From IMG/VR virus record IMGVR_UViG_3300044801_000216, positions 1-63,561 of that record: a stretch of DNA of 63,561 bases; one strand, 5' to 3'. Source of the stretch: a virus. Taxonomy: Duplodnaviria > Caudoviricetes. The position numbers were made by a program, and so were the translations under genes. Shown in pieces: positions 46,221 to 56,109 of the stretch. The notes beneath the pieces are model-generated. The model did no database searches. It was not told the DNA's origin and saw only the letters and a list, made by a program, of their open reading frames with translations. Position 1 is the first letter of the stretch, and the number at the start of each line of letters is the position of its first letter.

Positions 46221-47291
46221 ATGCCCAGCCCCTACCAGATGCTCAGTTTCGAGCAGCTCTACAAAGAGTTGCAAGGGGAAATATCCGCACTGCCCGACCC
46301 GATGGCGATGCGGATTATCAACCGCGCCTGGAAGCGGGTCAACGATTACAGGTTGTGGTCCTGGCAGGTTATCAGCAACGCACAGTTATTTGTTCCCAAG
46401 CTGATCTTCGCCGGCGCCGCCACAGCCACCTTCAACAGCACCGCGGTAACGATGGATGCGACGGCTACAGCGGCGCTCAACGTTGTCGTGTTTGGGAATC
46501 CCCCGCTGGCGAGCCCGATCTTGGGCGTAGGCTACCAGATCCGGATCGGCACATCCACTACCGGCCTCTCTTCTCCAACGGGCCCGAGTTACACCATCGT
46601 CGCCTGGGACGGCGCGGGCAACCTCACCATCGACCGGCCGTATGGAGAATCGAGCCAGGTTGACGCCACGTATCAGGTTCTCAAATGCTACTATGCGGCG
46701 CCGTTTCTGCCGGTGACTTCGACCGGCGCGGATGGGCAGTTCGCCAGATACATGTCGGTGACCAATCTGCTCGACGGCTACGCGATCACGGGCAAACAGC
46801 TCTACTTCAACCAGGAAGAGTTGAACCGTATCGACCCGCAGCGCGGCGGCCAGGGCGACGCCTACATACTGGCCTACTACCAGCCAAACTCGCTTGGCCA
46901 GCCTGTGTACGAGATGTACCCGAACCCGGTCGGTGAAACGACCTACCAGGCCAATTACGTTTCCAAAGGCCCGCTGCTGACGATGACTACCGGGTTGCCG
47001 CAGGTCAGCTACGCGCTCGACGACACGGTGACGTTTCAGGCCAAGCAATTCGCCGGCCAGTGGGCCGCGGCGAACGCAGGCAGGTTTAAAGACTTGCAAG
47101 GCGTCAACTGGCTCTGGTACTGCGATCAGATGGAGCGGGAGTACAAGAAGAGTCTCATTTTGTGCATCAAGGAAGACGACGAGATCATGCCGAGCCCGAA
47201 GCCGTTTGTGTACAACGGCGGATTTTCGTTCCCGCTTGGGGGCGAGTTCTTGCAGTCTCACGATCTGTCTTCTATCCTCGCGCCGATGTAG
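46221..47291 (+). CDS. Putative head-tail adaptor protein
   Basis: IINRAW.R....W motif, MYP.P; position. Confidence 0.6.
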   Translation: MPSPYQMLSFEQLYKELQGEISALPDPMAMRIINRAWKRVNDYRLWSWQVISNAQLFVPKLIFAGAATATFNSTAVTMDATATAALNVVVFGNPPLASPILGVGYQIRIGTSTTGLSSPTGPSYTIVAWDGAGNLTIDRPYGESSQVDATYQVLKCYYAAPFLPVTSTGADGQFARYMSVTNLLDGYAITGKQLYFNQEELNRIDPQRGGQGDAYILAYYQPNSLGQPVYEMYPNPVGETTYQANYVSKGPLLTMTTGLPQVSYALDDTVTFQAKQFAGQWAAANAGRFKDLQGVNWLWYCDQMEREYKKSLILCIKEDDEIMPSPKPFVYNGGFSFPLGGEFLQSHDLSSILAPM

Positions 47292-47321
47292 AGTGTACAA
47301 TCGATTGAAAGGAGAATTTCA

Positions 47322-47516
47322 ATGGGATCTCGAATCACCAGTAAAGGCAAATCCGGTATGATCGGCGGCGTCCGTTCGCCGATGGCCGCATCCGGAAACG
47401 GCTTGGTCGCCAAGCCCAAGTTGCACCCGTCTGTCGCGGCCAACACGACCCGGCCGGGCATCAGTAAGAAGACCGCGCCGATCCGCAGTCCGCAGAACAA
47501 GGGCGACATCGTCTAA
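47322..47516 (+). CDS. 64-aa basic protein
   Basis: SD AAAGGAG. Confidence 0.65.
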   Translation: MGSRITSKGKSGMIGGVRSPMAASGNGLVAKPKLHPSVAANTTRPGISKKTAPIRSPQNKGDIV

Positions 47517-47548
47517 TACGTTCCGGTTGGCCGGGTGGCCGGTCTGCG

Positions 47549-48916
47549 ATGGGCTATGCGTTCATTACCTTCCCTGCGGCCCGAGCCGCTTTGGCCGCGC
47601 GGTTGCAAGACACTGGGCTGGTTTACTGGAACCAGCCCGGCGAGCTGGACGCCTGCCTGATCGAATCCTTGAGATTTCATCAGGCGCTCACCGGGGCCTA
47701 CAAGCAGAAGATCGCGTTTCAGACTCAACTCGATATTTGCTTCTACGATCTCCCGCTGCTGACGGGCGTCGCCAACGGCGCGGCGGTGGCTTACACGGCG
47801 ACCGACGTAGAGGTGGCGAACAACGTACTCGCCGCGTTGCTTGAACCCCCGTTGGCCGCCGTGTGGTCCGGAACGGGGCAGTTCTCTATCGCACAACTAC
47901 AGGTTGCACTTCAGAATCGGTTGAACCGCTTCATTGGCGACACCGGCTGTACGGTGACCCGTCAGATTGTGGCTTGTCCGCCTCCGCCGGCAGAGGTGAC
48001 CTCGCTGCCGGATAGCACGCTCGACGTAAGGCGTGTCGCATGGCGACCGTTGCCGTTGCCTTACAACCGTATTACCAATCCTTATGGCCCCATACCTCCT
48101 TATTATCCGGCTTACCCGCTGGGCCGGATGGACGAATGGGCGGAACAAGCCTATGTTCCCGGCGCCGCGCAGGACCCGATGCAGCCGTTCGGATACTCCA
48201 CCTACGGCGTCCCCCCGGTGTCGATCCGGACGATCCCGCCGCCGATTGACGAAGGCGCGATCGACAGCCTGCTCGTAATGAGCGGTCCCACGGTGAATCT
48301 CGACCCGCTCAATCCGGTGGTGTTAGGCCTACCCGACAATCTCTCTCCGGCTCTCAAGTGGGGCGTGCTGGCCGAGATGCTGGCGAGCGACGGACCATCG
48401 AGAGATTACGCGCGCGCGGCTTATTGCGAACAACGCTACCAGGAATTTGTTCAATTGGCCGCGCTGATGCCGATGGCGCTTCTGGCGGACATCGGCAACG
48501 CCGGATGCGGCATCGGATCTGTAATCGACCTGGACGCTTTCCAGCCGGATTGGCAGCGCACCACCGGACCACCCTCGTTCGTAGGCATGTGCGGGCGCAA
48601 TATGGCCTGCATCGGACAGACGCCGGACGGCACATACGGCGTCGGCCTGTGGGTGTCCGCCAATGCATCAGTGGACACCACCGGGTTCTTGCAAATCGGC
48701 CGCGATCAAATCGCCCCGGTGCTCGATTACGCACAACACATCGCCTGTTTCAAGATGGGCGGCGCGGAGTTCGATCAGACCGCCGGGCTGTATCAAAATC
48801 TGATCGCCGCCGCCAAAGTTCAGAACGCCCGTTTGAACGCGGTGGCTTTCTATCGCGGACAGCTCGAACAACCGGCCCAGAAGTCCGAGTTGCAAGTGAA
48901 CCGATTGACGGTCTGA
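47549..48916 (+). CDS. Putative adaptor/tail-tube protein
   Basis: RL.D....W...EL; ALKWGVLAEML..DG. Confidence 0.6.
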   Translation: MGYAFITFPAARAALAARLQDTGLVYWNQPGELDACLIESLRFHQALTGAYKQKIAFQTQLDICFYDLPLLTGVANGAAVAYTATDVEVANNVLAALLEPPLAAVWSGTGQFSIAQLQVALQNRLNRFIGDTGCTVTRQIVACPPPPAEVTSLPDSTLDVRRVAWRPLPLPYNRITNPYGPIPPYYPAYPLGRMDEWAEQAYVPGAAQDPMQPFGYSTYGVPPVSIRTIPPPIDEGAIDSLLVMSGPTVNLDPLNPVVLGLPDNLSPALKWGVLAEMLASDGPSRDYARAAYCEQRYQEFVQLAALMPMALLADIGNAGCGIGSVIDLDAFQPDWQRTTGPPSFVGMCGRNMACIGQTPDGTYGVGLWVSANASVDTTGFLQIGRDQIAPVLDYAQHIACFKMGGAEFDQTAGLYQNLIAAAKVQNARLNAVAFYRGQLEQPAQKSELQVNRLTV

Positions 48917-48917
48917 C

Positions 48918-51900
48918 ATGGCATCCTACCAGCGCGACTCCAACAAATTCGCTTACTCGGGCATGGATATTCGCCACCCGCCCGATCTGATGCCCGCTGG
49001 AAGATGTCCGCTGCTGTTCAACCTGCAACCGGACTTGCAATCCGGCGCGCTGGCGCTTCGTCCGGCGATCTCGCTATTGGCTACTGTGGGTGCGGGCGTG
49101 CCCGTTCATTCGGTGGTCCGGCTGAACGATAGCGTCCCCGGAGCCAACGCTTCAAGCAGGTTTGTCGGAGCCGGAGCGAATCTCTATAGTCCAGCCGGTC
49201 TGTTGGACACCGGCTACAGCGGCAACCCGCTGGCGCTGGTTCCATACCGTCCCGCTCAATCTCCGGAGTCCTGGTTGTACGTCTACGACTCGCTCCGGCA
49301 GCGCCGATGCAAGACCGACAACGCGCCGATCCAGCAGATCGGCATCGCCGCTCCCACGCAAGAACCGGCTGTAGCGTCCGTGCTTCCGCTGTACGATCTG
49401 CTCGATAACGCCGCTCTGGCCGCGTCGTGGACGGCTATCGATCTCTCCGGGGGCACGGCCGGCGCGGCAACTCAGGTAAACCGCGTGCCGCAACCCGGCG
49501 CCGGTATGTCGCTGCTGACTTCGCTCTACGACTCCGGCGTTACCGGCATGGGCTTGTTCGCTCCCACACTGTACGTCTACGGTCCTCAGGAATTCGCGTG
49601 GATGTCCGAGGGCAGCATGGTCACCCTCGGCGGCGAGACCGTGACGATCGAGCAGGTCGTACCGGGCACTTACAGCACAACGGTTAGCTCGATCGCTTAC
49701 GATTCGGGCGCTACCGGACTTTGCACCATCGTGCCGGCGGTACCGCTTCCGGGTCTGGTTCGCAACGCGCTGATCTGTTTGAACACGACTTCCACGCCCC
49801 CAAACGGCACATACGCTCGCGTTCTGAGCGTCACCGCCGGCCCGGACGGATCTTACTCGTTTCGGTGCTCGACCGGCGCCGCCACGATATTGTCCGGTCA
49901 AACTATCGTGGGCATCCCGTGCTTTCGGGCGTGGACCGCCGCCAATCATGTAGCCAACGCACCCGTCACGGGCAAGTCGATCAACTTCACGTTCACCCCC
50001 ACCGTAACCAACGGTTCGATGTCGGCGATCGTTAACGCCACACCCGTAACAGGTAACATCTCTTATGCCGGCGCGCGGCCTCTTCAGAACGAAGACTACA
50101 TGCACTTGAGCCTGGCCTTCGACCATCCCGAGTGGGTGACCGAAGTCCACATTCTGCTCGATGTAGACGCCGCGACCAACGACTTCACGCAGAACTACTA
50201 CTACTACGTGATGCGCCAGGGAGACTTCCAAGCGTCCAACGTGGGCGGGTCCACTACCTTGCAGGACCAGTTTAACGCGCTGTCCAATGCGATTGCCAAT
50301 CAATTGGGGTCCGTCGAGGAACCGGCGGCCGGAAGCGGCGCGCCAAGCTACCCGGTGCCGGAAGAATTACAGACGAGTCCGCCGTTGACGGCCCAACTGA
50401 TCCTGGGTTCCCTTGGTTGGACCGAGGTCATGTTCAAACTGTCCGATCTGACTCGTGTAGGATCGGATCAAAGCAAAACCTTGGCCAATGTGGCCAAGAT
50501 CGGCATTCAGGTTTTCACGAGCGGCGGAGTGGTCAACTTATACTTCGGCGGCTGGTGGGCCGGCGGCGGCTACGGTCCGGACTGCAACTTTAACTCCGGC
50601 GGCAATCAGGCGCCGCCGATCCAGTGGAGATACCGGTATCGGAACTCGCTCACGGGCGCCCGCAGCACCGTGAGCCCGGAGACGCGCAATGGTGAAATAC
50701 TACGTCGTCAGGCGATCTCGCTCACGGTCCCCAACAGTGCGGATACTCAGGTTGACACCGTTGATTTCGAGCGAAGAGGTGGAACGAATCCGGACTGGCA
50801 TTACGTCGCTTCGGTGCTGCAAGGCGGAAGCACAACCACGTTTGAAGATCATGTGACCGAGGCGGCCGCGCAGATTAGCGATCCGCTGGAGGTGGCCTGC
50901 TACCAGCCCTGGCCGGTCACGGATATGCCAAGAACGGGAACCGCAACGGTGGTTGGGACCTCGGTAGTCTGGTTGTCCGGAGACAAGTTCAACCTGCGCT
51001 GGCTACGGGGCGCCGAGATCGTCATCGGCGGAAACACGTACAGCCTGTTCGCACCGCCTACAAGCGCGACAGTTATTCAACTGGCGGAGAACGTACCGCC
51101 GCCAGGTGGAGTTCTCGCTTTCTCTATCCCCGAAGCGACCATCGAAGGACAACCCCTGTATGGTTGTTGGTTGGATGAAGCGAACAACCGGATCTGCGGT
51201 GTGGGCGACCCGCTCAACCCAGGCCTGATGTACTTCTCGAACAACGACAACCCGGACGGCGCATCGGATTCGGGATACCTTGAGATCACAAGCCCGAGCG
51301 AACCGTTGCTGAACGGGTTCTATGCCGAGGGTTCCAACTACGTCTTCACCTCTTCGTCGCTGTATCGTGTAGAGTCTACACCTGGAGCGGCGAACCCGTA
51401 TGCGGCGTACCGCTTGAGCGGCATCGAGGGTCTGGCCGGCGCATGGGCCTTCGATGTACGGCGCAAGATGCTGTTCTATTGGGGGCCGGACGGGGTATAC
51501 GCTTACGGCTTCGGCGCGGCGGCGGAGAACCTGACCGCGACGGACCTATATCCGTTGTTTCCGCATGCGGGCCAGGCCGGTCAACCGGGCTTTCCGGGTG
51601 TGCCCGTAAACGTGGTGGGCCAGACGATCTACCCGCCCAACTATGCGCTGCCCAACTTGTTGCGCGTCGGTTACGCGGAGAACTTCGTCTACGCCACCTA
51701 CCAGAACTCGAACGGCACGATCGAAGCGTTGGTGTACTCGATCTTGTCGAAGGGCTGGCGCAAGGATTCGTATCTGCCCGGAGCGACGCTGTTTGTGCTG
51801 GAGAAGGGTGTGCAGAACCCGGTGCTGATGGTAGGCGGCGCGGACGGCAATCTGTACCAGGTGGACAGCACGGCCACCGCGGATACGGGCGGACCGATCG

Positions 51901-52859
51901 ACTGGGTTGTCTTACCGCCCGTTAAAGACATGGGCGACAGCCGCGCGGTGAAGCAATTTGGCGACCTGTGGTTCTCTTACGCCGGATCTCCCTCGATGCA
52001 GGTATTGTGGGACAACCTGCTTGTAACGGGCCCGGCGCCAACAATCGCGGCGGCTGCCGCACGCACTCAAGCGATTCTGGATCTGTTCGCGTCACCGGAC
52101 ACGAACGATACGCCGTTGATTCACTACAATTTGACCGCGTTGCTGACCGGCACCGGACCTGTTTGGCTTTACGAGTGGCAACCTTCGTTCATCCCGCTGC
52201 CGGAGTCCACGACCTCGCGCGTGACCGCATGGGGCGGTGGAGACACGTTGCACTACAAGTTCGTGCAGGGCATACGGATTCACGCGAACACGCAGGGCCG
52301 GACGAAGCAATTACAAGTCCAATACGACGGCTACCAGGTGGGTCCCACAATTGCGGTGAACCACGACGGCGAGCAAACCCTGCCGTATTCGTTCGCCGTT
52401 CCTTTCAAGGCGCACATGATGCGTTTGGTCCCATTGGACGACGTGCCTTGGGAACTCTGGGAAGACAGCCAGTGGGTGTACGAACCCGAGCCGGAACCGG
52501 CTAACTACTGGATCTCGCAGCCGACCTCGCTTGGGCAGTCCGGGTACGTTCACGCACGCGAAAGCTGGATTGCGTTCGCTGGAGCGCAGGGTGGCACTGT
52601 AAGCGCCGTTGTGGACGGAGGGCCGGCTACGCTGATCGCCAGTTTGCCGGCGGCGTCCACGCCGGTCAAGCAATACTTTGTATGTCCCCCGCTGAAGGGC
52701 CGGTACTGGCAGTTGACCGCGTCGGGAACAGGGTTGCAATTGTACGAGAAGGACATCGAATTCCTGGTCAAGTCCTGGGGCAGCGCCGGACCCTACCAGA
52801 GAGTGAAGCCGTTTGGCGATCTTAGTGGCGGCGGCGGCGCGTCGGGAGCGCGGATCTGA
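48918..52859 (+). CDS. Putative tail nozzle/stabilisation protein, 1313 aa
   Basis: Beta-propeller-like blades (MYFSN..NPD, YVFT..SLY, FYWGPDGVY); position. Confidence 0.65.
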   Translation: MASYQRDSNKFAYSGMDIRHPPDLMPAGRCPLLFNLQPDLQSGALALRPAISLLATVGAGVPVHSVVRLNDSVPGANASSRFVGAGANLYSPAGLLDTGYSGNPLALVPYRPAQSPESWLYVYDSLRQRRCKTDNAPIQQIGIAAPTQEPAVASVLPLYDLLDNAALAASWTAIDLSGGTAGAATQVNRVPQPGAGMSLLTSLYDSGVTGMGLFAPTLYVYGPQEFAWMSEGSMVTLGGETVTIEQVVPGTYSTTVSSIAYDSGATGLCTIVPAVPLPGLVRNALICLNTTSTPPNGTYARVLSVTAGPDGSYSFRCSTGAATILSGQTIVGIPCFRAWTAANHVANAPVTGKSINFTFTPTVTNGSMSAIVNATPVTGNISYAGARPLQNEDYMHLSLAFDHPEWVTEVHILLDVDAATNDFTQNYYYYVMRQGDFQASNVGGSTTLQDQFNALSNAIANQLGSVEEPAAGSGAPSYPVPEELQTSPPLTAQLILGSLGWTEVMFKLSDLTRVGSDQSKTLANVAKIGIQVFTSGGVVNLYFGGWWAGGGYGPDCNFNSGGNQAPPIQWRYRYRNSLTGARSTVSPETRNGEILRRQAISLTVPNSADTQVDTVDFERRGGTNPDWHYVASVLQGGSTTTFEDHVTEAAAQISDPLEVACYQPWPVTDMPRTGTATVVGTSVVWLSGDKFNLRWLRGAEIVIGGNTYSLFAPPTSATVIQLAENVPPPGGVLAFSIPEATIEGQPLYGCWLDEANNRICGVGDPLNPGLMYFSNNDNPDGASDSGYLEITSPSEPLLNGFYAEGSNYVFTSSSLYRVESTPGAANPYAAYRLSGIEGLAGAWAFDVRRKMLFYWGPDGVYAYGFGAAAENLTATDLYPLFPHAGQAGQPGFPGVPVNVVGQTIYPPNYALPNLLRVGYAENFVYATYQNSNGTIEALVYSILSKGWRKDSYLPGATLFVLEKGVQNPVLMVGGADGNLYQVDSTATADTGGPIDWVVLPPVKDMGDSRAVKQFGDLWFSYAGSPSMQVLWDNLLVTGPAPTIAAAAARTQAILDLFASPDTNDTPLIHYNLTALLTGTGPVWLYEWQPSFIPLPESTTSRVTAWGGGDTLHYKFVQGIRIHANTQGRTKQLQVQYDGYQVGPTIAVNHDGEQTLPYSFAVPFKAHMMRLVPLDDVPWELWEDSQWVYEPEPEPANYWISQPTSLGQSGYVHARESWIAFAGAQGGTVSAVVDGGPATLIASLPAASTPVKQYFVCPPLKGRYWQLTASGTGLQLYEKDIEFLVKSWGSAGPYQRVKPFGDLSGGGGASGARI

Positions 52860-53284
52860 TGGCCAAGTCCAAACGTCCGCCGGTAGCGATCAACCCGTCG
52901 ATACCGCTCGAAATCCAGCGCGAACTGCGCAAAGTAGCGTCGTTCGCCTTCGACGCGCAGGACAGATCCGACGAAGCGCTCGAAGGTCTGAAGGGCAAAG
53001 TCGGAAAGAACGCGCAAGACCTGATGGAAGTCAGTTCGTTCGTTTCCAATCAGGTGCAGGCCGGTGGGAAATATCCGATCAAATTGACTTCCCTGGTGGG
53101 ATCGGTACCGTCGTCCACGATCGCGGACGAAGGCAAGATTCTTACGGCCGGCGGGGTAAGACAGCCGACATGGCAGGCGGCCAATACTACGGGTATCACC
53201 GCAACAATCTCTTACAGAAAGTCGGATGGAGTCACCAACGGAACCCTGAATTTCACCAATGGGCTTTTGACCGGTTCCAGCTAG
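52859..53284 (+). CDS. Small tail-associated protein
   Basis: Coiled-coil N-terminus and C-terminal TLNFTNGLLT. Confidence 0.6.
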   Translation: MAKSKRPPVAINPSIPLEIQRELRKVASFAFDAQDRSDEALEGLKGKVGKNAQDLMEVSSFVSNQVQAGGKYPIKLTSLVGSVPSSTIADEGKILTAGGVRQPTWQAANTTGITATISYRKSDGVTNGTLNFTNGLLTGSS

Positions 53285-53312
53285 GCGTAAAATAGAGTAA
53301 GGAGATGCAACA

Positions 53313-55757
53313 ATGAAACGATGGATCGCGCTTCTGACGTTCTCGGCTGTGTGTGCCGCTCCGGCGCACGCGATCGCCACGGCGCAGGGCTGGTGCGAAC
53401 TGGGGAATCAAACCGTCGCGGTGCAGGGTTACATCAGCAGCGCCGATACGCCGGCGCAGCGGTCCTACCCAGGGTGTACCGTGACTGTGTATGTCACCGG
53501 ATCTTCGGGCACGCTGGCCACGCTCTACGCCGACAACAACGGTACGGGCTTGGCGAACCCGTTCACGGCGGACAGTTATGGCCGCTGGTTCTTTTACGCC
53601 TCGGGCGGCTACTACGACGTGTCGATCTCCGACGGAGGAATGCCCACACCATATACTTTTGGCGCAATAGACGCGGTGGATACGTGCCTGGTCGGCAAGG
53701 TGCTGTCGAAGGTGCTGGTGCAGGTAGCCGACGTGAACGTACCCAACGCACAGGTGATGGGCGCGCTGGGAACGGGGATCGTCAAAAACACGGCCGGCTC
53801 GGGAGTACAGTCGATCGCGGTCGGAGCCGATCTGCCGCCGATGATAGGGGATTCGGGTTCCGGTGGCACACGGGGCGCGGTGCCGGCGCCACCCGCGGGA
53901 AGCGCCGCGGGCAACGAGTTTCTATCCGCGTCGGGCACTTGGGGTCCTATACCGATTTTGATAGGCGATTCGGGCTCGGGTGGGACCGCCGGGGAAGCTC
54001 CGGCGCCGCCGGCCGGGTCCGCCGTGGCTGGAAAGTTCTTGAGCGCGGACGGAACCTGGGCCGTTCCGAGCGGAGGCGGTGGCGGCACATGTTCCAATTG
54101 CGTCACTTTGGACACGGTGCAGACCATAGTGGCGGCGAAGACGTTCACCGCGGGGATTGTGATGTCCGGTTCGGATGTGGAGTTCGACAACGGGCATCAG
54201 GTTCGGTTCAAGGATACGTCGGGCAGTTATCAGACCGCTTTGACGTGGGACGCATCGAACAATGTCGATGTAGGTCCTGTTAGCGGGAGCGGGGGAAACA
54301 CTTATTTGTGGGCGGGCGGATACGCCGTCGCGGGCGCGACTGTGACCGCCTTTTTACCCAACGGCGATTTCACCAAGAATTTGGGAGACGGGACGCACCG
54401 TTGGCTCTCTCTGTCGGTGGGCACCGTCGATGTTTATGGCAGCGGGGCTCCTCCTAACCTGGAATTACTCAACCCCACGAGTGGCCAGTACGTGGACATC
54501 ACTCTGCCCGCCACGGTGACTACTTCGTACACGCTGACGTTGCCTCCCGCTCCCGCTTCGGCCGGCAATTGCCTTGGAACCACGGGCGCCGGCGCTACAT
54601 TGTACTGGGTGGCTTGCAGCGGCGGTACGGGAAGTCTTCCGGCGCTCGACTCTACCTCTATCGTCGAAGGCTCCTCCGATAACACGAAGCAGATGAAGTT
54701 CAGCGTCGCGGGACTTACGACCGGAACCACGCGCACGCTGACGGTGCCGGACGCCAACATCACCCTGGCCGGACTCGAAAATACACAGACGTTCACGGGG
54801 CAGAAGACGTTCTCCACCGCGAACGTGATTCTGGCCGGGTCCATAGAAGTTCAACCGGCTACGGACTTCGGTTCCCTACTCGGAGACGCCACGCACCGTT
54901 TTGGGGAACTGTTCGCGGGGCACGTCGGTTTGTACAGCGGAAGTTATTACGTGGAATTGAGTACCGCCGCGAGTCCGAGCGCGTCTTATAATCTGACGTT
55001 TCCTCCCGCCGCCGCTACGGGCGCCGGTTGTCTGGGCACTGCCGGAGCGGGTTCCACACTCTCATGGGTGACTTGTTCGGGCGGCGGCGGCCTGCCCGTG
55101 GTCGATTCCACATCCATCGTCGAAGGGTCTTCGGATTCGACCAAGCAGATGCGGTTCAGCGTAGCCGGTCTGACTACCGGCAACACGCGGGTGATGACCG
55201 TACCGGACTCGAATATGACTCTGGCGGGACTGGAGAACGCACAGACGTTTACGGGGGCGAAAACATTTAGCAATTCGGACGTGGTTCTGTCTGGGGTTAA
55301 TTTGGATCTCGACAACAACACATCGATTCGTTTCAGGGACACGATTGCGGTCTATCGGACAACGTTGACGTTGGACAGCAGCGGCAACGTGGACGTAGGA
55401 GCGATCACCGGAAGTGGAAACGCTTACCTGTGGGCGGGCGGATACGCCGTCGCGGGCGCGACTGTGACCGCCTTTTTACCCAACGGCGATTTCACCAAGA
55501 ATTTGGGAGACGGGACGCACCGTTGGCTGAGTTTGTCCACCGGGAACATAGACATCTATGGCAGCGGGGCTCCTCCTAACCTGGACTTGCTGAACCCTAC
55601 GAGTGGCCAGTACGTGGACATCACTCTGCCCGCCACGGTGACTACTTCGTATACGCTGACGTTACCGGCGGGTCCGGCTCCCACTGGCGCCCAATACTGT
55701 CTCGGAATCGCCAGCGGAGGCGGCGGTACGCTGACCTGGGTGCAATGCACTCCGTAA
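53313..55757 (+). CDS. Tail fibre/spike-like repeat protein with signal peptide, 814 aa
   Basis: MKRWIALLTFSAVCAAPAHA; LANPFTAD..G...FYA anchor-like domain; Q.FTG.KTF and VPAPPAG...FL..DGTW fibre repeats. Confidence 0.75.
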   Translation: MKRWIALLTFSAVCAAPAHAIATAQGWCELGNQTVAVQGYISSADTPAQRSYPGCTVTVYVTGSSGTLATLYADNNGTGLANPFTADSYGRWFFYASGGYYDVSISDGGMPTPYTFGAIDAVDTCLVGKVLSKVLVQVADVNVPNAQVMGALGTGIVKNTAGSGVQSIAVGADLPPMIGDSGSGGTRGAVPAPPAGSAAGNEFLSASGTWGPIPILIGDSGSGGTAGEAPAPPAGSAVAGKFLSADGTWAVPSGGGGGTCSNCVTLDTVQTIVAAKTFTAGIVMSGSDVEFDNGHQVRFKDTSGSYQTALTWDASNNVDVGPVSGSGGNTYLWAGGYAVAGATVTAFLPNGDFTKNLGDGTHRWLSLSVGTVDVYGSGAPPNLELLNPTSGQYVDITLPATVTTSYTLTLPPAPASAGNCLGTTGAGATLYWVACSGGTGSLPALDSTSIVEGSSDNTKQMKFSVAGLTTGTTRTLTVPDANITLAGLENTQTFTGQKTFSTANVILAGSIEVQPATDFGSLLGDATHRFGELFAGHVGLYSGSYYVELSTAASPSASYNLTFPPAAATGAGCLGTAGAGSTLSWVTCSGGGGLPVVDSTSIVEGSSDSTKQMRFSVAGLTTGNTRVMTVPDSNMTLAGLENAQTFTGAKTFSNSDVVLSGVNLDLDNNTSIRFRDTIAVYRTTLTLDSSGNVDVGAITGSGNAYLWAGGYAVAGATVTAFLPNGDFTKNLGDGTHRWLSLSTGNIDIYGSGAPPNLDLLNPTSGQYVDITLPATVTTSYTLTLPAGPAPTGAQYCLGIASGGGGTLTWVQCTP

Positions 55758-55779
55758 ACTTACAATAAGGAGAACGCCA

Positions 55780-56103
55780 ATGCGCGCGATCGCAACTCTG
55801 ATTTTTACGGCCCTTGTTGTCTTGGCCGCGGACACGAAACCCACGGTTACGTCCCCGGCCGGTCCCCTGCCGATCCCCAAGGACCGCCAGGAAGACATCT
55901 CCCGCGCCATGCTGCACGTGCAGCAAACGCAGATGGCCGAGGTTCAGACCCGTACCGCCGCCGAGTCCGCCGCCGAGCACTACCGCATTATGCTGGCGGC
56001 GCTTCAGAAAGAGTTCAACGCCGAAGGCTGCGATCTGGACCTCGACAAGACGTGGCGTAACTGCCCGGCGGAGAAAACTCCGGCGGTTCGGCCCGCGAAG
56101 TGA
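55780..56103 (+). CDS. Small exported coiled-coil protein
   Basis: MRAIATLIFTALVVLAA; SD TAAGGAG. Confidence 0.75.
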   Translation: MRAIATLIFTALVVLAADTKPTVTSPAGPLPIPKDRQEDISRAMLHVQQTQMAEVQTRTAAESAAEHYRIMLAALQKEFNAEGCDLDLDKTWRNCPAEKTPAVRPAK

Positions 56104-56109
56104 GAATCT

